Shown here in pieces: positions 1 through 11,749 of a stretch of DNA of 64,000 bases. The notes beneath the pieces are model-generated. The model was not told where the DNA came from, did no database searches, and saw nothing but the letters and a program-made list of their open reading frames with translations. The stretch covers positions 2,790,001 to 2,854,000 of the forward strand of contig NC_052167.1 in NCBI RefSeq assembly GCF_902713615.1, written 5' to 3'. The DNA is from Scyliorhinus canicula. Lineage: Eukaryota. Every line of letters starts with the position of its first letter. Within the stretch, counting starts at the first letter, position 1. The position numbers were made by a program, and so were the translations under genes.

Positions 1-1049
1 CTGGGAATCGAACCTGGGACCCTGGCAATAGTGCTAACCACTATGCTACCGTGCAGCCTGTGGCAACGGTAACTTTTCCCTAATCTTTAACATTCCTCAC
101 AATAAATCAGCTTCTCAACGGGACATGGATTTAGCAGTTAACTAAGATAGCCCTCAGTTAGAAGATGTGCTGCGCTCTGTAGTGTGAATTTTATGAAGGG
201 TACTGCGAGGTGTTGCACATTAGAGGGACAATGGATGACACATGTACTCTGACCGGTGTTGAAATAACTAATTGAAAAGAAGCCAAGATTCTCAGACATG
301 CCGCTAATCATCTTTAGCAGCCAACAAAACCAATAGCATACTGACCAGTGGAATGCAAAGCCAGAGGAAGTCATTGTCTAACTGCCTAGTGCTCAAATCT
401 ATCAACATCTTGAGAACTGTGTCCAGTTCTGGTCACATTCCTTGTGTAAAGGAAGTGCACCATCCGCTTTGATCCTGACCAGGAGTTGCTAATTTTAACA
501 ACCATGTTGGCTCTGTGAGTTAATGCTTCAGCAACCAATTATTGATCCAATCTTTGGAGAGAGAAATTATGTTGCTGTGGATCACCCTTCAGTGACACAT
601 GGTCCATGTTTGCCCATCTTGCCGGGAGAGGGTTCACCGTCCTTTCAAATCACTGGAATGAGATACAAAGAAATTTGGCACTTGCCGCAAAGGGCACAAT
701 ATTTCCCCTGCATTGTTCTCAACTGGACAAAAAAAGCTAATGGAATCTAACCTGTGTGGTTAATGATTGATTGGTAATATTTCATAAGATACTGTGACTA
801 TGGTTGGGAAGAGCTGACTTTACGTCTAAGGGCAATTTTAAGTAGAGATAAAAAGAAAGTTAACTGCAAATTCTGGTTGACATTTGTAAAGAGTCAAGTT
901 AATATTTTGGGGCCGGATCATTTTAAAGAACTGGGAAGAGAGGTCAATGCCAGACCATGTTATATGTTAGCCTATCTTCTCCCTTACATGGTGGACATGT
1001 AAATTTTTCAGTGCTTTCTGTTTTTATTTCATTATTGGCAATGCTTATA

Positions 1050-1254
1050 AAGTACAGTTGCCATAGTCCCAGATGACCAGAGGCTGCTTTCCCCCTTAAA
1101 GGGGGAGGGCTGATTGGAGGTGATTTAACCTGAGGGTCACCACACCTCAGGCGAGGGGCAAGGTTGAGAAGGCGGGGCCTTCATGATTAACCTCAGTCGG
1201 TAACCCTAACCCGCCGCTGTTGGCGTCCCTCTGCACCATGAACCTGAGCTAAAC
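1050..1254 (-). mobile_element. Another tRNA-derived SINE family copy
   Basis: Minus-strand head gtttagctcagg...gacgccaacagcggcgggtt. A similar head remnant is at ~37325-37390. Confidence 0.55.
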
Positions 1255-1603
1255 TAGAACATAGAACAGTACAGCACAGAACTGGCCCTCCGGCCCTCGA
1301 TGTTGTGCCGAGCAATGATCACCCTACTCAAACCCACGTATCCACCCTATACCCGTAACCCAACAACCCCCCCCCCCCCCCTTAACCTTACTTTTTAGGA
1401 CACTACGGGCAATTTAGCATGGCCAATCCACCTAACCCGCACATCTTTGGACTGTGGGAGGAAACCGGAGCACCCGGAGGAAACCCACGCACACACGGGG
1501 AGGACGTGCAGACTCCGCACAGACAGTGACCCAGCCGGGAATCGAACCTGGGACCCTGGAGCTGTGAAGCATTTATGCTAAACACTATGCTACCGTGCTG
1601 CCC
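1255..1603 (-). mobile_element. HE1/V-SINE, long CR1-tailed form. Other copies: 1-55(-), 4375-4690(+), 6799-7142(-), 13610-13888(-), 24467-24648(+), 28640-28937(+), 32480-32760(+), 37415-37665(+), 50010-50348(-), 50757-51077(+), 52172-52497(+), 54547-54892(-)
   Basis: tRNA-like head gggcagcacggtagc...ggttcgattcccg, central V-domain-like gggtttcctccgggtgctccggtttcctcccacagtccaaaga, and (ttctatg)n tail. Confidence 0.9.
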
Positions 1604-1810
1604 CTAGACTCCACAATACTTATAGTAGTGCCTTCAATGTCCTAAGATATGTCAACGTAAGTGTGGAAAGCTTTTTATTCGTTCATGGAATGTGGCGACT
1701 AGGGGCTTTTCACAGTAACTTCATTGAAGCCTACTCGTGACAATAAAGCGATTTTCATTTTCATTTCAATCCCTAATTATCCTGAGGGGGCAGTTAAGAG
1801 TCAACCACAT

Positions 1811-2439
1811 CAGGTGTTCGGGGAGTCCAGCGAACCATGCCCATATGTTCTGGGCATGCCCGGCACTGGAGGAGTTCTGGAAGGGGGTGGCGAGGACGGT
1901 GTCGAGGGTGGTGGGATCCAGGGTCAAGCCAGGATGGGGACTCGCGATTCTTGGGGTTGGGGTGGAGCCGGGAGTGCAGGAGGCGAAAGAGGCCGGTGTG
2001 CTGGCCTTTGCGTCCCTAGTAGCCCGGCGAAGGATCTTGCTACAATGGAAGGATGCGAGGCCCCCAAGCGTGGAGACCTGGATCAACGACATGGCGGGTT
2101 TTATCAAGCTAGAGAGAGTCAAATTCGCCCTGAGAGGTTCGGTACAAGGTTTCTTTAGGCGGTGGCAACCTTTCCTCAACTTTCTGGCTCAACGATAGGG
2201 TACTGGGACAGCAGCAGCAGCAACCCGGGGGGGGGGGGGGGGGCGATGACTATGTTTATTTAATTTTAATTTATTTTTAAGTTTTTTTTTGTTCATTGGG
2301 GTTGGGGGGGTGGGGGGGGATGTGATACATGCGTTGATACGGTCTGGTGGGTGTTACAGTTATTATGGGGTTATTTTGTTGCATTTCATTGTTTGTTATA
2401 TTTTCTGTAAAAAATTCCAATAAAAATTATTTTTAAAAA
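1811..2439 (+). mobile_element. 5'-truncated L1/Tx1-clade LINE 3' end
   Basis: ORF2 C-terminus with C..H.FWACP knuckle, G-rich 3'UTR, AATAAA and A-tail. 15-bp TSD aagagtcaaccacat at 1796-1810 and 2440-2454. Confidence 0.9.
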
Positions 2440-2844
2440 AAGAGTCAACCACATTGCTGTGGGTCTGGAGTCACATGTTGGCCAGACCAGGTAAGGATGG
2501 CAGATTTTCCCTTCCCTAAAGGGGCAGGCATTAGTGAACCAGATGGAATTTTATGACAATCAATAATGGTTTCAAGGTCATCATTAGACTTTTAATGCCA
2601 GATTTTTATTGAATTCAAATTTCACCATCTGCAGTGGCAGGATTTGAACCTGGGGTAACGCTCTGAGGTCTCTGGTTTACTAGTCCAGTGGCAATACCAC
2701 TACGCCACCACTTCCACTAATGGAGGCTTGATCAAAAAGTCATGTTGTGAATACGTATTTGAGGGAGGGGGTGTAGTAAGGTGTTGGTGTTGTGGAAGGA
2801 CATTCCAAGATGCTACAGCACAAAAACCAAAAGCTTTGCCACTT

Positions 2845-3190
2845 ATAGAGTCATAGATGTTTACAGCATGGAAACAGGCCCTTCGGCCCAGCTTGTCCAT
2901 GCTGCCCAGTTTCTATCACTAAGATAGTCCCACTTGCCCGCATTTGGCCCAGATCCCTCTATACCCACCCTGCCCATGCAACTGTCTAACTTTTAAAAAT
3001 GTATTTACTGTACCCGCCTCTACCGCTGCCTCTGCCAGCCCATCCAGATGCTCACCACCCTCTGTGTGAAGAAGTTTCCACTCTGGTCTTTTTTGTATCT
3101 CTTCCCTCTCACCTTAAACCTATGCCCTCTGGTTCTAGACTCCGCTACCTTTGGGAAAAGATGTTGACTATCGACCTTATGTATGCCCCT
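2845..3190 (-). mobile_element. CR1 3' end fragment; related piece at 4860-4980 (+)
   Basis: atagagtcataga tail and CR1-type 3' stem (gggccgaagggcc on the minus strand). Confidence 0.7.
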
Positions 3191-3429
3191 CATGAGGAAG
3201 AAGCAGAGAGAAAGGGCGGGAAAATCCCAGTCAGAAACACAATTGGGCGTGGTGCTAGAAAATGGTGCAAGATAATTATTAAGTTAGGCAGTAGAGTTTG
3301 AAACTAGACTTGTGTTTATATAACAGATTTGTATAACCAAAGTCTAAGCTGGAATGAATTACTTTGAAGCGAGGTGACGTATAGAAGCTATGCTCGAAGT
3401 AGGATGGCTCATTCTTCATCACATCTTAC

Positions 3430-3724
3430 CTGCAAAAACGGTGCAAGAAGTGACCACCAGCACCAAAAAAGCATTGCTGAAGGAGGTTCTCTTTTTCAAG
3501 TTAAACATTTTCATAAATGCCAGGGTGGTCAGGGGTGTAAACCGCCTGATGAATGTGAAGACATTGGAATTGGAGCGGATCACAGCCCACAGGGTGAGGA
3601 CTGAATGGAAACTGAAGCAGATGGAAGGCAGCAGGAAAATCTCTCCACTTTCCAGTAAATAGGGCTTGATCTTCAACAGTCTGACTTGCCTCAATAATTG
3701 CAGCAACACAATAGTCAGCAGTGC
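3430..3724 (-). CDS. SLC35D-like transporter, next coding exon (295 nt; ALLTIVLLQLLRQ...FHSVLTLWAV...FTFIRRFTPLTTL...VVTSCTVFAG)
   Basis: Acceptor tttgttag| is phase 0 and in frame with the previous exon; donor G|gtaaga. The pattern resembles SLC35D TM2-TM5 (S.LTLW, F...RRF.PL.T, AG at exon end). Remaining exons were not found in the window. Confidence 0.78.
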
Positions 3725-5907
3725 CTAACAAAGGGATAACACAGTGAAACAGTATCATTGAGGAGGACTTGTGCTTCTATACACTTTGCATGCCTCCCAA
3801 AATGTGTCAAAAGATTTTGTATGCCAATAAATTACTTTATTGCAAATTACGTTAAGCAGTCATTTTGTACTGAGCAAGTTCCCACAAATAACAATGAAAT
3901 GAATCGGCAGCTGATCTACTTTCAGTAGCATCAAGTGACGGAGGAATGTGGGCCAGGACATTAGGAGGCTGCCTGGTCTTCAGAAAGTGCCACTAGATCT
4001 TTGACTTCTCCTTCACTCGAGACCTTGCCCACTTTGTGAAATCCTAATTCTTAGAGTGGAGCTCAAACCGCAATGCTAAAGCCAAGTTAGTTAGCAACTG
4101 AGCACTCATCAAAACTCCCCCTGCAAATCCTCTCAGTTGAAATGTAATTATTTTACCCACGATAACAGATTATTTTAGGGCAGTTCATTGGAAGTGAGAG
4201 CTGTGGGATTCATTCACAGCGTTTACAGCAACATTTAAAGACATACAGACATGAACAGGTGAGTGGAGACCAACAGGTCCTTTCACTGCTCACCCCTGTA
4301 CACTGGTCAGAGCATCCTCGTGTTCTTCACTATTCCCCAAAGTGTCTTTACCAGGTGGTCTCCAGCAGTTCAAGGAGCGGCACAAGGGTTAGCACTACTG
4401 CCTCACAGTTCCAGGGCCCTGGGTTCAATTGCGGCCTCGGGTGACTGTGTGGAGTTTGCACTTTCTCCCCGTGTGTGCGTGGGTTTCCTCCGAGTGCTCC
4501 AGTTTCCTCCCACAGTCCAAAGATGTGCAAGTTAGGTGGATTGGCCATACTAAATTGCCCCTTAGTGTTCAAAAGATTAGGTGGGTTATGGGATAGGGTG
4601 GAGGCGTGGGCTTAAGTAGGGTACTCTTTCCAAGGGCTGGTGCAGACTTGATGGGCCAAATGGCCTCTTTCTGCACTGTAAATTCTATGAGACAGCTGGC
4701 TCACTGCCTGCCACTTTCTCAAGGGGAGATGGGTCAATAGCTGCCAACCTCGCCAGTCATGTCCACATCATCACACCAATGAATAAAGAAAAGTAGCTGC
4801 TAGTAGCGTTGAATACGAAAATAAAACTAGGGCTAATTTCAGGGCCCATGCGGGGAAATTCTGATTTGGTGAGCATCTGGATGGGCTGGCAGAGGCAGTG
4901 GTAGAGGCGGGTACAATATTTTCCTTTAAAAAGTTAGACAGTTACATGGGCAGGGTGGGTATAGAGGGATACGGGCCAAATTCATCCCTGACTCCTAGAG
5001 GCAAGGAAGCAAATATCAGGGATCCCTAAGGCGCCAATAAAAACTAAAAGTCTACAAACCATTGCAACAAATTCGGAGCCTTGACTCATTCAATCACCAC
5101 CAACCAGTGTTAAGGCAAAAGGAGCTCCATTATAAAGACATGAAGGGAGTTGGCGATACAGGCTTGTGGGGTAAGGGCAGGGCCCTGGGATTCATTTTTT
5201 TTTTGTTAATTAATTTAGAGTAGCCAATTCTATTTTTCCAATTAAGGGGCAATTTAGCGTGGCTAACCCACCTAGAATCACAGAATGTACCGTGCAGAAG
5301 GAGGCCATTAGAGTCTGCACTAGTCCACTATCCCCTGTAACCCCACCTAACCTTTTAGGACACTTAAGGGGCAATTTAGCACAGCCAATCCATCTAACAT
5401 GCACATCCTTGGACTGGGAGGAAACCAGAGCCCCCGGAGGAATCCCATGCAGACACGGGGAGAACGTGCAGACTCCACACACACAGTGACCCAAGCCGGG
5501 AATCGAACCTGGGACCCTGGAGCTGTGAAGCAACAGTGCTAACCACTGTGCTACCCTGCACATCTTTGGGATTGTGGGGGTGAGACCCACGCAGGCACGG
5601 GGGGAGAATGTGCGAACTCCACACGGACCCAGTGACCCGGAGCCGGGATCGAACCTGGGTCCTCGCCGCCGTGAGGCAGCAGTGCTAACCACTGCGCTGC
5701 CCCAGGGCACTGGGGTTAATTATCCCTCAAAGAACCAGTCTGATGGGCAGAGTGGCCTCCTCTGTGCCCTGCCGGTCTCTGGAGAAAGGGTCATTGGGGC
5801 AGTCAGTCCCTGTAAGGTTGTGTGTAGTACAGTAGTAGTGGTGCTGAGCAGCAGCCAGCAGCTACAGTGGATACAGCCCCCGGGCTGTGTGCGCCGCGCT
5901 GGCTGAC

Positions 5908-6033
5908 CTGACACAGAGCCATGAAAGCGGGGAAGTTGAAGCGGTACTGGTTGATGAAGACGCCGCTGAAGAACTCGGAGAAGGCGGAGCAGAGCAGGTA
6001 GAGGAGCCCGGAGGCAGGGACCGCCACTTCCAT
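5908..6033 (-). CDS. SLC35D-like nucleotide-sugar transporter, first visible coding exon (MEVAVPASGLLYLLCSAFSEFFSGVFINQYRFNFPAFMALCQ)
   Basis: Kozak-like gggATGG start, 42 codons, donor CAG|gtcagc. A hydrophobic helix followed by Y.F.FP..+.L.Q is typical of SLC35D/TPT-family TM1-2. Confidence 0.75.
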
Positions 6034-6459
6034 CCCGGATGATCCGACTGGAGGCTGATTAAAGATTAACTCGCCAGGCTATGATACCGTGGAGCATTTC
6101 CCCCGCGGTCAATGATCGACAGGCACACTGCAAGACCAGCCTGCTTCGGAAATAAACGCTCAAAAGCACACAGCAACTCAGACCCATTCACATTGTGAGT
6201 GTGACCTTCACACGCAAGTGTTGGAACTGCATTGGCATAGCGCCTTTCACAACCCCAGAAGGTGCCACCCAACTTCCCTCTCCTCCTGGCTTATTCTACA
6301 CACTTGCTAGATTCCAACAGCGACTGCACTTCAATAGTATTTCATTGGTTGTGAAGCGCTTTTGGCCATGATAGGCAAATGCAAGTTCTTAGATGCCCCC
6401 TTTCTTTCAGATGCGGGTGGGTCTGTTTTGTATTTCCAGCTGCCCTCTTAATTTCCTTG

Positions 6460-6762
6460 GGAAACTAGAACCAGAGGGCATCATCTCAGACTGAAGGGAC
6501 GATCCTTTAAAACAGAGATGAGGAGGAATTTCTTCAGCCAGAGGGTAGTGAATCTGTGGAACTCTTTGCCGCAGAAGGCCGTGGAGGCCAAATCACTGAG
6601 TGTCTTTAAGACAGAGATAGATAGGTTTTTGATTAATGATGGATATGGGGTTATGGGAAAAGACAGGAGAATGGGGATGAGAAAATATCAGCAATGATTG
6701 AATGGCGGAGCAGACTCGATGGGCCGAGTGGCCTCATTCTGCTCCTATGTCTTATGGTCTAA
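6460..6762 (+). mobile_element. CR1 3' end; near-identical family copy at 30426-30820 (-)
   Basis: EMRRNFFSQRVVNLWNSLP, tail tcttatggtc. Confidence 0.85.
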
Positions 6763-7584
6763 TGGGAGGATATAATCAGGGAGTGGTCAGGCCAGAATAT
6801 AGAACATAGAACAGTACAGCACAGAACAGGCCCTTCGGCCCTCAATGTTGTGCCGAGCCATGATCACCCTACTCAAACCCACGTATCCACCCTATACCCG
6901 TAACCCAACAACCCTCCCCTTAACCTTACTTTTATTAGGACACTACGGGCAATTTAGCATGGCCAATCCACCTAACCCGCACATCTTTGGACTGTGGGAG
7001 GAAACCAGAGCACCCGGAGGAAACCCACGCACACAGGGGGAGGACGTGCAGACTCCACACAGACAGTGACCCAGCCGGGAATCGAACCTGGGACCCTGGA
7101 GCTGTGAAGCATTTATGCTAACCACCATGCTACCCTGCTACCAATATGGGTGGGTGTTACCATTGCTGGATAGTGCCCCCCCCCCCCCCCAGTTGGAGAG
7201 CCTAGTACATAAGCTCACAGTCTCAGGATGGGGAGAAAGGGCGGGGGAGTCAGCGATTTTCCATTGAGATGAGACGCTTCTTCGCTCAGAGCTGTGAATA
7301 TTTTGGAATTCTCTGTGCCAGAGAGTGGTGGATGGTCACGTTTATTCAAGATTGAGATCAATAGATTTTCATGCACTGAAACGAGCCAAGGGAGATGGGA
7401 ATAAAAACAGAAAACGCAAACTAAACTCAGTGTGCCTGGCAGTATTTTTGGAGAGACAAACAGAGTTAACGCTTCGAGTCCCTATGGCCCTTCTTCAGAG
7501 CTGAAGGGGGTTGGAAATTCCATACGAACATTTCGCGTCATACGGACTCGAAACGTTAACTTTGATTCTCCAAAATTACTGCAA

Positions 7585-8720
7585 TCCTAATTAACAAGAG
7601 CTCAGTTTTACCGTTCTCAGATTATAGTCAAGCCCGATAATTGATATGTGTTAGTTTGTGGCTCCCTGTTGAACACCCCGGTTGTCTTGGTTAACATTTA
7701 TGCCTGCAGCTGGGATGATATGAATTTTATTAATTCTCTGCTGGCCTCTCTCCCAAACCTCGACTCACACCATCTTATTTTAGGTGGGGACCTGAATTGT
7801 GTTTCGACCATAGATTAGATCCTTCCAAACCTAAATCTCTTGTTCCATTGGGGTATGCCAGGGCGTTTTCTTCTTTTATGACTCCAATGAGGGAAGTGGA
7901 ACCTTGGTGCTTTTTGCACCAAAAGGATAAAGACTTTTTGTTGTTTTTTCAAATGTCCACCATGCATATTCCTCTATTGATTTTTTTTTGTTTTGAATAG
8001 GGTTGTCCTCCCTTTGATGGTGGTGGCTGAGTACTCAGAGTTATTTCAGACCATGCCCCGCACTTTGCTGATTTGTTGCCAGAGTCTGGTCCCACCCAAC
8101 CTGGAGATTAGATACTACATTGTTAGCGGATAGAACATTTTGTGGGTTCGTGTCCACTTCCAAAGACGACAGTATAAAATTTAACAGGTCCGATTAAATT
8201 CCACCCTCCACACTGTGGGAGGCTCTTAAGGCAGCCCTCAGGGGGACGTTATCTCTTATAGAGCATATATGTTAACGAAGTTGGAGCAGCAGAGACTGGG
8301 AGATTCCATCTTAGAGGTGGGCCACCTTTACTCGCTGGGCCTACTCCAGAGCTGTTGGCAAGTAGGAAAGAAATGATGGACTCAGTTAGAGTTATAGTCT
8401 ATGTCTATGAGCAGGGCGGTGAGTCAGCGACAATGCTCCAAAGGCACTTTTTTAGGAGCGTGGGGAGAAAGTTAGTCGTCTTCTGGGTCACCAACTCCAG
8501 TGGCAGGTGGCCTTCCGAGAGATCACTCAGGTACTCCATTCGAGCAGCAAACTTGTTTCCACCCCTCCCCAGGTTAATGCAGCTTTAAATCCTTTTACTG
8601 CGACCTTTATAGATTGGAGCCCCCTGCAGATAAATTGATAATGTCCGACGTCCTGGACGGTCTATCCATCCCACCGGCCGAGGTGTATAAGAGCCATGAG
8701 TTGAATTCCACACTACCTGC

Positions 8721-8752
<32 letters not shown>

Positions 8753-9720
8753 ACCAAAAAAAAACAAGATTTTAAAATGTTCTGGGTTGATGCAGTCTGG
8801 CAAAGCTCCTGGCTCGGATGGCTTTCCGAGTGAATTTTACAAAGGTTCTCAGAGCAGCTCATACCATTATTATTGGGCATGTTCAATTATTCCCGATCCT
8901 GGAGTCGCTGCCTCTGACCCTCGCTCAAACCTCTATTTTTCCCTGTTTCTTAAGGGGGACAAAGACCCGACAGAGTGTGGTTCATATCGTCCTACCTCAC
9001 TTTTAAATATTGGCGTCAAGCCCAAGGTGGACAAGCACTTCAGTTGGAGCCTTGCCTCCCAAATATAATTTCGGAGGATCAGACAGGCTTCGTGAAAGGC
9101 CGATGCTGAAAATGCATTTAATAGAGTGGAATGGAAGTATTTATTTGAGATCCTTGGGAGGTTTGGATTTGGTCAGAAATTCGCTTCCTGGGTTCGCCTA
9201 TTATTTAATGCCCCTACTGCCAGTGTTCATACAAACCCTCCGAACTCTCTTTATTTTCCCATGAATAGGGGCACTAGGCATGACTGCCCACTTTCTCCAC
9301 TTTTGTTTGCCCTGGCAATAGAGCTGCTTTCTATCGCATTGAGGTCCTCTAGTCAATGGAGGGGTATCAGTCCAAATAGGGTGGAGCATCGAGTGTCTCT
9401 CTCTATGCAGATGACCTACTTCTTTATATTACAGATCCAGCCCCCTTCCATCGACGGGATAATGAAGTTGCTTAACACCTTCTGCTCCTTCTCTGGGTGC
9501 AAATTGAATTTCGGCAAGAGTGAACGTTTCCCGGTTAACCCCCAATTGGGAACGTTATCTTTTCACTATTCCAATACGGGCTTTTGCTACCTTGGTGTAT
9601 GGGTGGCCCCAAAAAAGGGCCTCACTTCATAAATTGAATTGCACAAGTCTGGTTAATAGTGTTAAAATAGATTTGCAGAAGTGGAACAACCTTCCACTGT
9701 TCTTGGCGGGATGGATTCAA
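7585..9720 (+). mobile_element. Degenerate L1/Tx1-clade ORF2 (APE endonuclease plus RT)
   Basis: Endonuclease motifs LVNIYA, LILGGDLNC and YSSIDFF. RT motifs GKAPGSDGF, SYRP.SLLN and RGTR..CPLSPLLF. Frameshifted. Confidence 0.85.
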
Positions 9721-10859
9721 ATGGCCAGAAACGAAGAAGAAAAATATTAAAGGGCGTGAGAGCAGGAAATGGGATTTGAGTTAATTGCTTCAGTCGGGAG
9801 AAGGATGAGAAAAACTTGCATTTCTGTAGTTCCAGTTGTTGTGTTCCATGGTTTCCCCGCTGATGAAGACACACAAAGAAAATAAATGTGATGAACCAGA
9901 ACGATGATTTATTATTAGATTCGTGGGAATGTAACTAATAGATCTATGTATAAACAAAGTTACTCAAATTCCTAGGGGGCTACTCTAAGTGCCACTGTCC
10001 TACTATCCGTACTACCACCAACTATGTATGTACGCATAGTCACACCCAGCCACAACCTCAGAACATCCCAAAGCACTTTACAGTATGTATTTTATGAAGC
10101 CCGTTTGCTGCCTGCACAGTTGCAACACACCTTAAAGACAATGATCAGATGATCTATTTTAGCCGTTGGTTGAAAGATAAACATTGGCCAAGACACGGGG
10201 GTGGGGGAAAAGACCAGGATCGCAGTTTAATATTTCAACCGAAAGATGTCACCTCCAACAGCGTGACACTCCCTCAGCACTGCAGTGCTAGATTTTGCAG
10301 GTCCCTGGATTAGGCCTTGAACCCATAACCTTTGAGTCTGATGCAACTGTGCTGCTTGCCGAATGGTGGCTGACACCACAATAAACGCTAGCCTTCAACT
10401 CCAACAGCAAGACAATATCTTTAATGGAAAACCTGTAACAGAGAAATTGTGGACTACCTCAGTAAAATATTAACCCGTTATCACTGACGCTGCAAAGGTT
10501 GTATTGGAGAGTTAATAATACTACAGGTTGACAAGGAAACTGAATGAAAGCAGTACATTAAGGTTAGCAGTTACTGTGGATGGTGTAGCAATTGCAAAGA
10601 GGTCTTGAAATATTGACAGGGTTTTGTGATTGTTTCAGTGGCTACAAATAACTTGGAGCAGCCAAGTGATCCATGATAATTTGCTGTATTTATTATTCAT
10701 GTTTTGAGTCTACCTGATATTTGATACTTGAGCAAACAGGAAAGTTAAGCATTAAGCTAATATTGTTATATTTTGCACATGACATGCAGCAAATAACATT
10801 GGTGATAAGGGATGAAATGATGAGCTAGGATCACAAGGGATAGGGGGAGTAGGCCATGG

Positions 10860-11630
10860 TCGAGCCTTCAGGAGAACAGCAACCATGACACAACCCTGCC
10901 ATGGCAACCTCTGTAAGACAAGCCAGATCGTCAACGTGGATACCTCCATACAAGTGAGAATACCACCCACCAGGTTTGCGGCACTTACTCGTGTGACTCG
11001 GCCAACGTTGTCTACCTGATACGCTGCAGGAAAGGATGTCCCGAAGCGTGGTACATTGGCGAGACCATGCAGATGCTGCGACAAAGGATGAACAGACATA
11101 GCGCGACAATCACCAGGCAGGAATGTTCCCTTCCAGTCGGGGAGCACTTCAGCAGTCAAGGGCATTCAGCCTCGGATCTTCAGGTAAGCGTTCTCCAAGG
11201 CAGCTTTCATGACGTGCGACAGCGCAGAAACGCCAAGCAGAAACTGATAGCCAAGTTCTGCAAGAATGAGTACAGCCTCAACCGGGACCTTGGATTCATG
11301 TCTCATTACATTCACCCCCCCACCATCTAGCCTGGGCTTGCAAAATCCTACCAACTGTCCTGGCTTGAGACAATTCACACCTCTTTAACCTGTAATTATC
11401 CCTCTCTCCAGTCTCTCTGTCTGGACCTGTAAAGACTTAATTACCTGCAAAGACTCGCATTCAAAGTATCATCTTCCATCATTGACTTTGTCTATATATA
11501 TGTTTCTGGAACCCAGCTGAGGAAGGAGCAGTGCTCCGAAAGCTAGCGATTCGAAACAGACCTGTTGAACTTTAACTTGCTATTGTAAGACTTCTTACTG
11601 CCACCCCAGTCCAACACCGACATCTCCACA
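10860..11630 (+). mobile_element. Penelope-like element 3' fragment (GIY-YIG endonuclease plus pLTR-like end)
   Basis: Translates to ANVVYLIRC...AWYIGET...LRQRMNRH...PVGEHF...LNRDLGF. The 3' end carries a hammerhead-like core. Confidence 0.88.
11510..11550 (+). ncRNA. Minimal hammerhead ribozyme motif in the Penelope end
   Basis: CTGAGGA (11517-23), stem GGAGC-agt-GCTCC, GAAA (11538-41), then GCTA. Fits CUGANGA/stem II/GAAA/short palindromic stem III. Confidence 0.65.
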
Positions 11631-11749
11631 CCAGGGCCAAAGTAGACTGGGAACTGCTTCTTGTGGGAAATTGTACAGCAGAGCAGTGGGAGGGGTTAAA
11701 AAAAGGAAATGGGGAGAGCACAGACCCAACATGTTTCCTTCAGGGTGAA

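Noticed and set aside
138-374. Hydrophobic minus-strand ORF as a possible next exon of the SLC35D-like gene
   Set aside because: No convincing phase-1 acceptor or SLC35 TM6-10 motifs were found in any frame.
3374-3662. Plus-strand ORFs overlapping the transporter exon
   Set aside because: They are antisense shadows of the minus-strand exon and lack splice or motif support.
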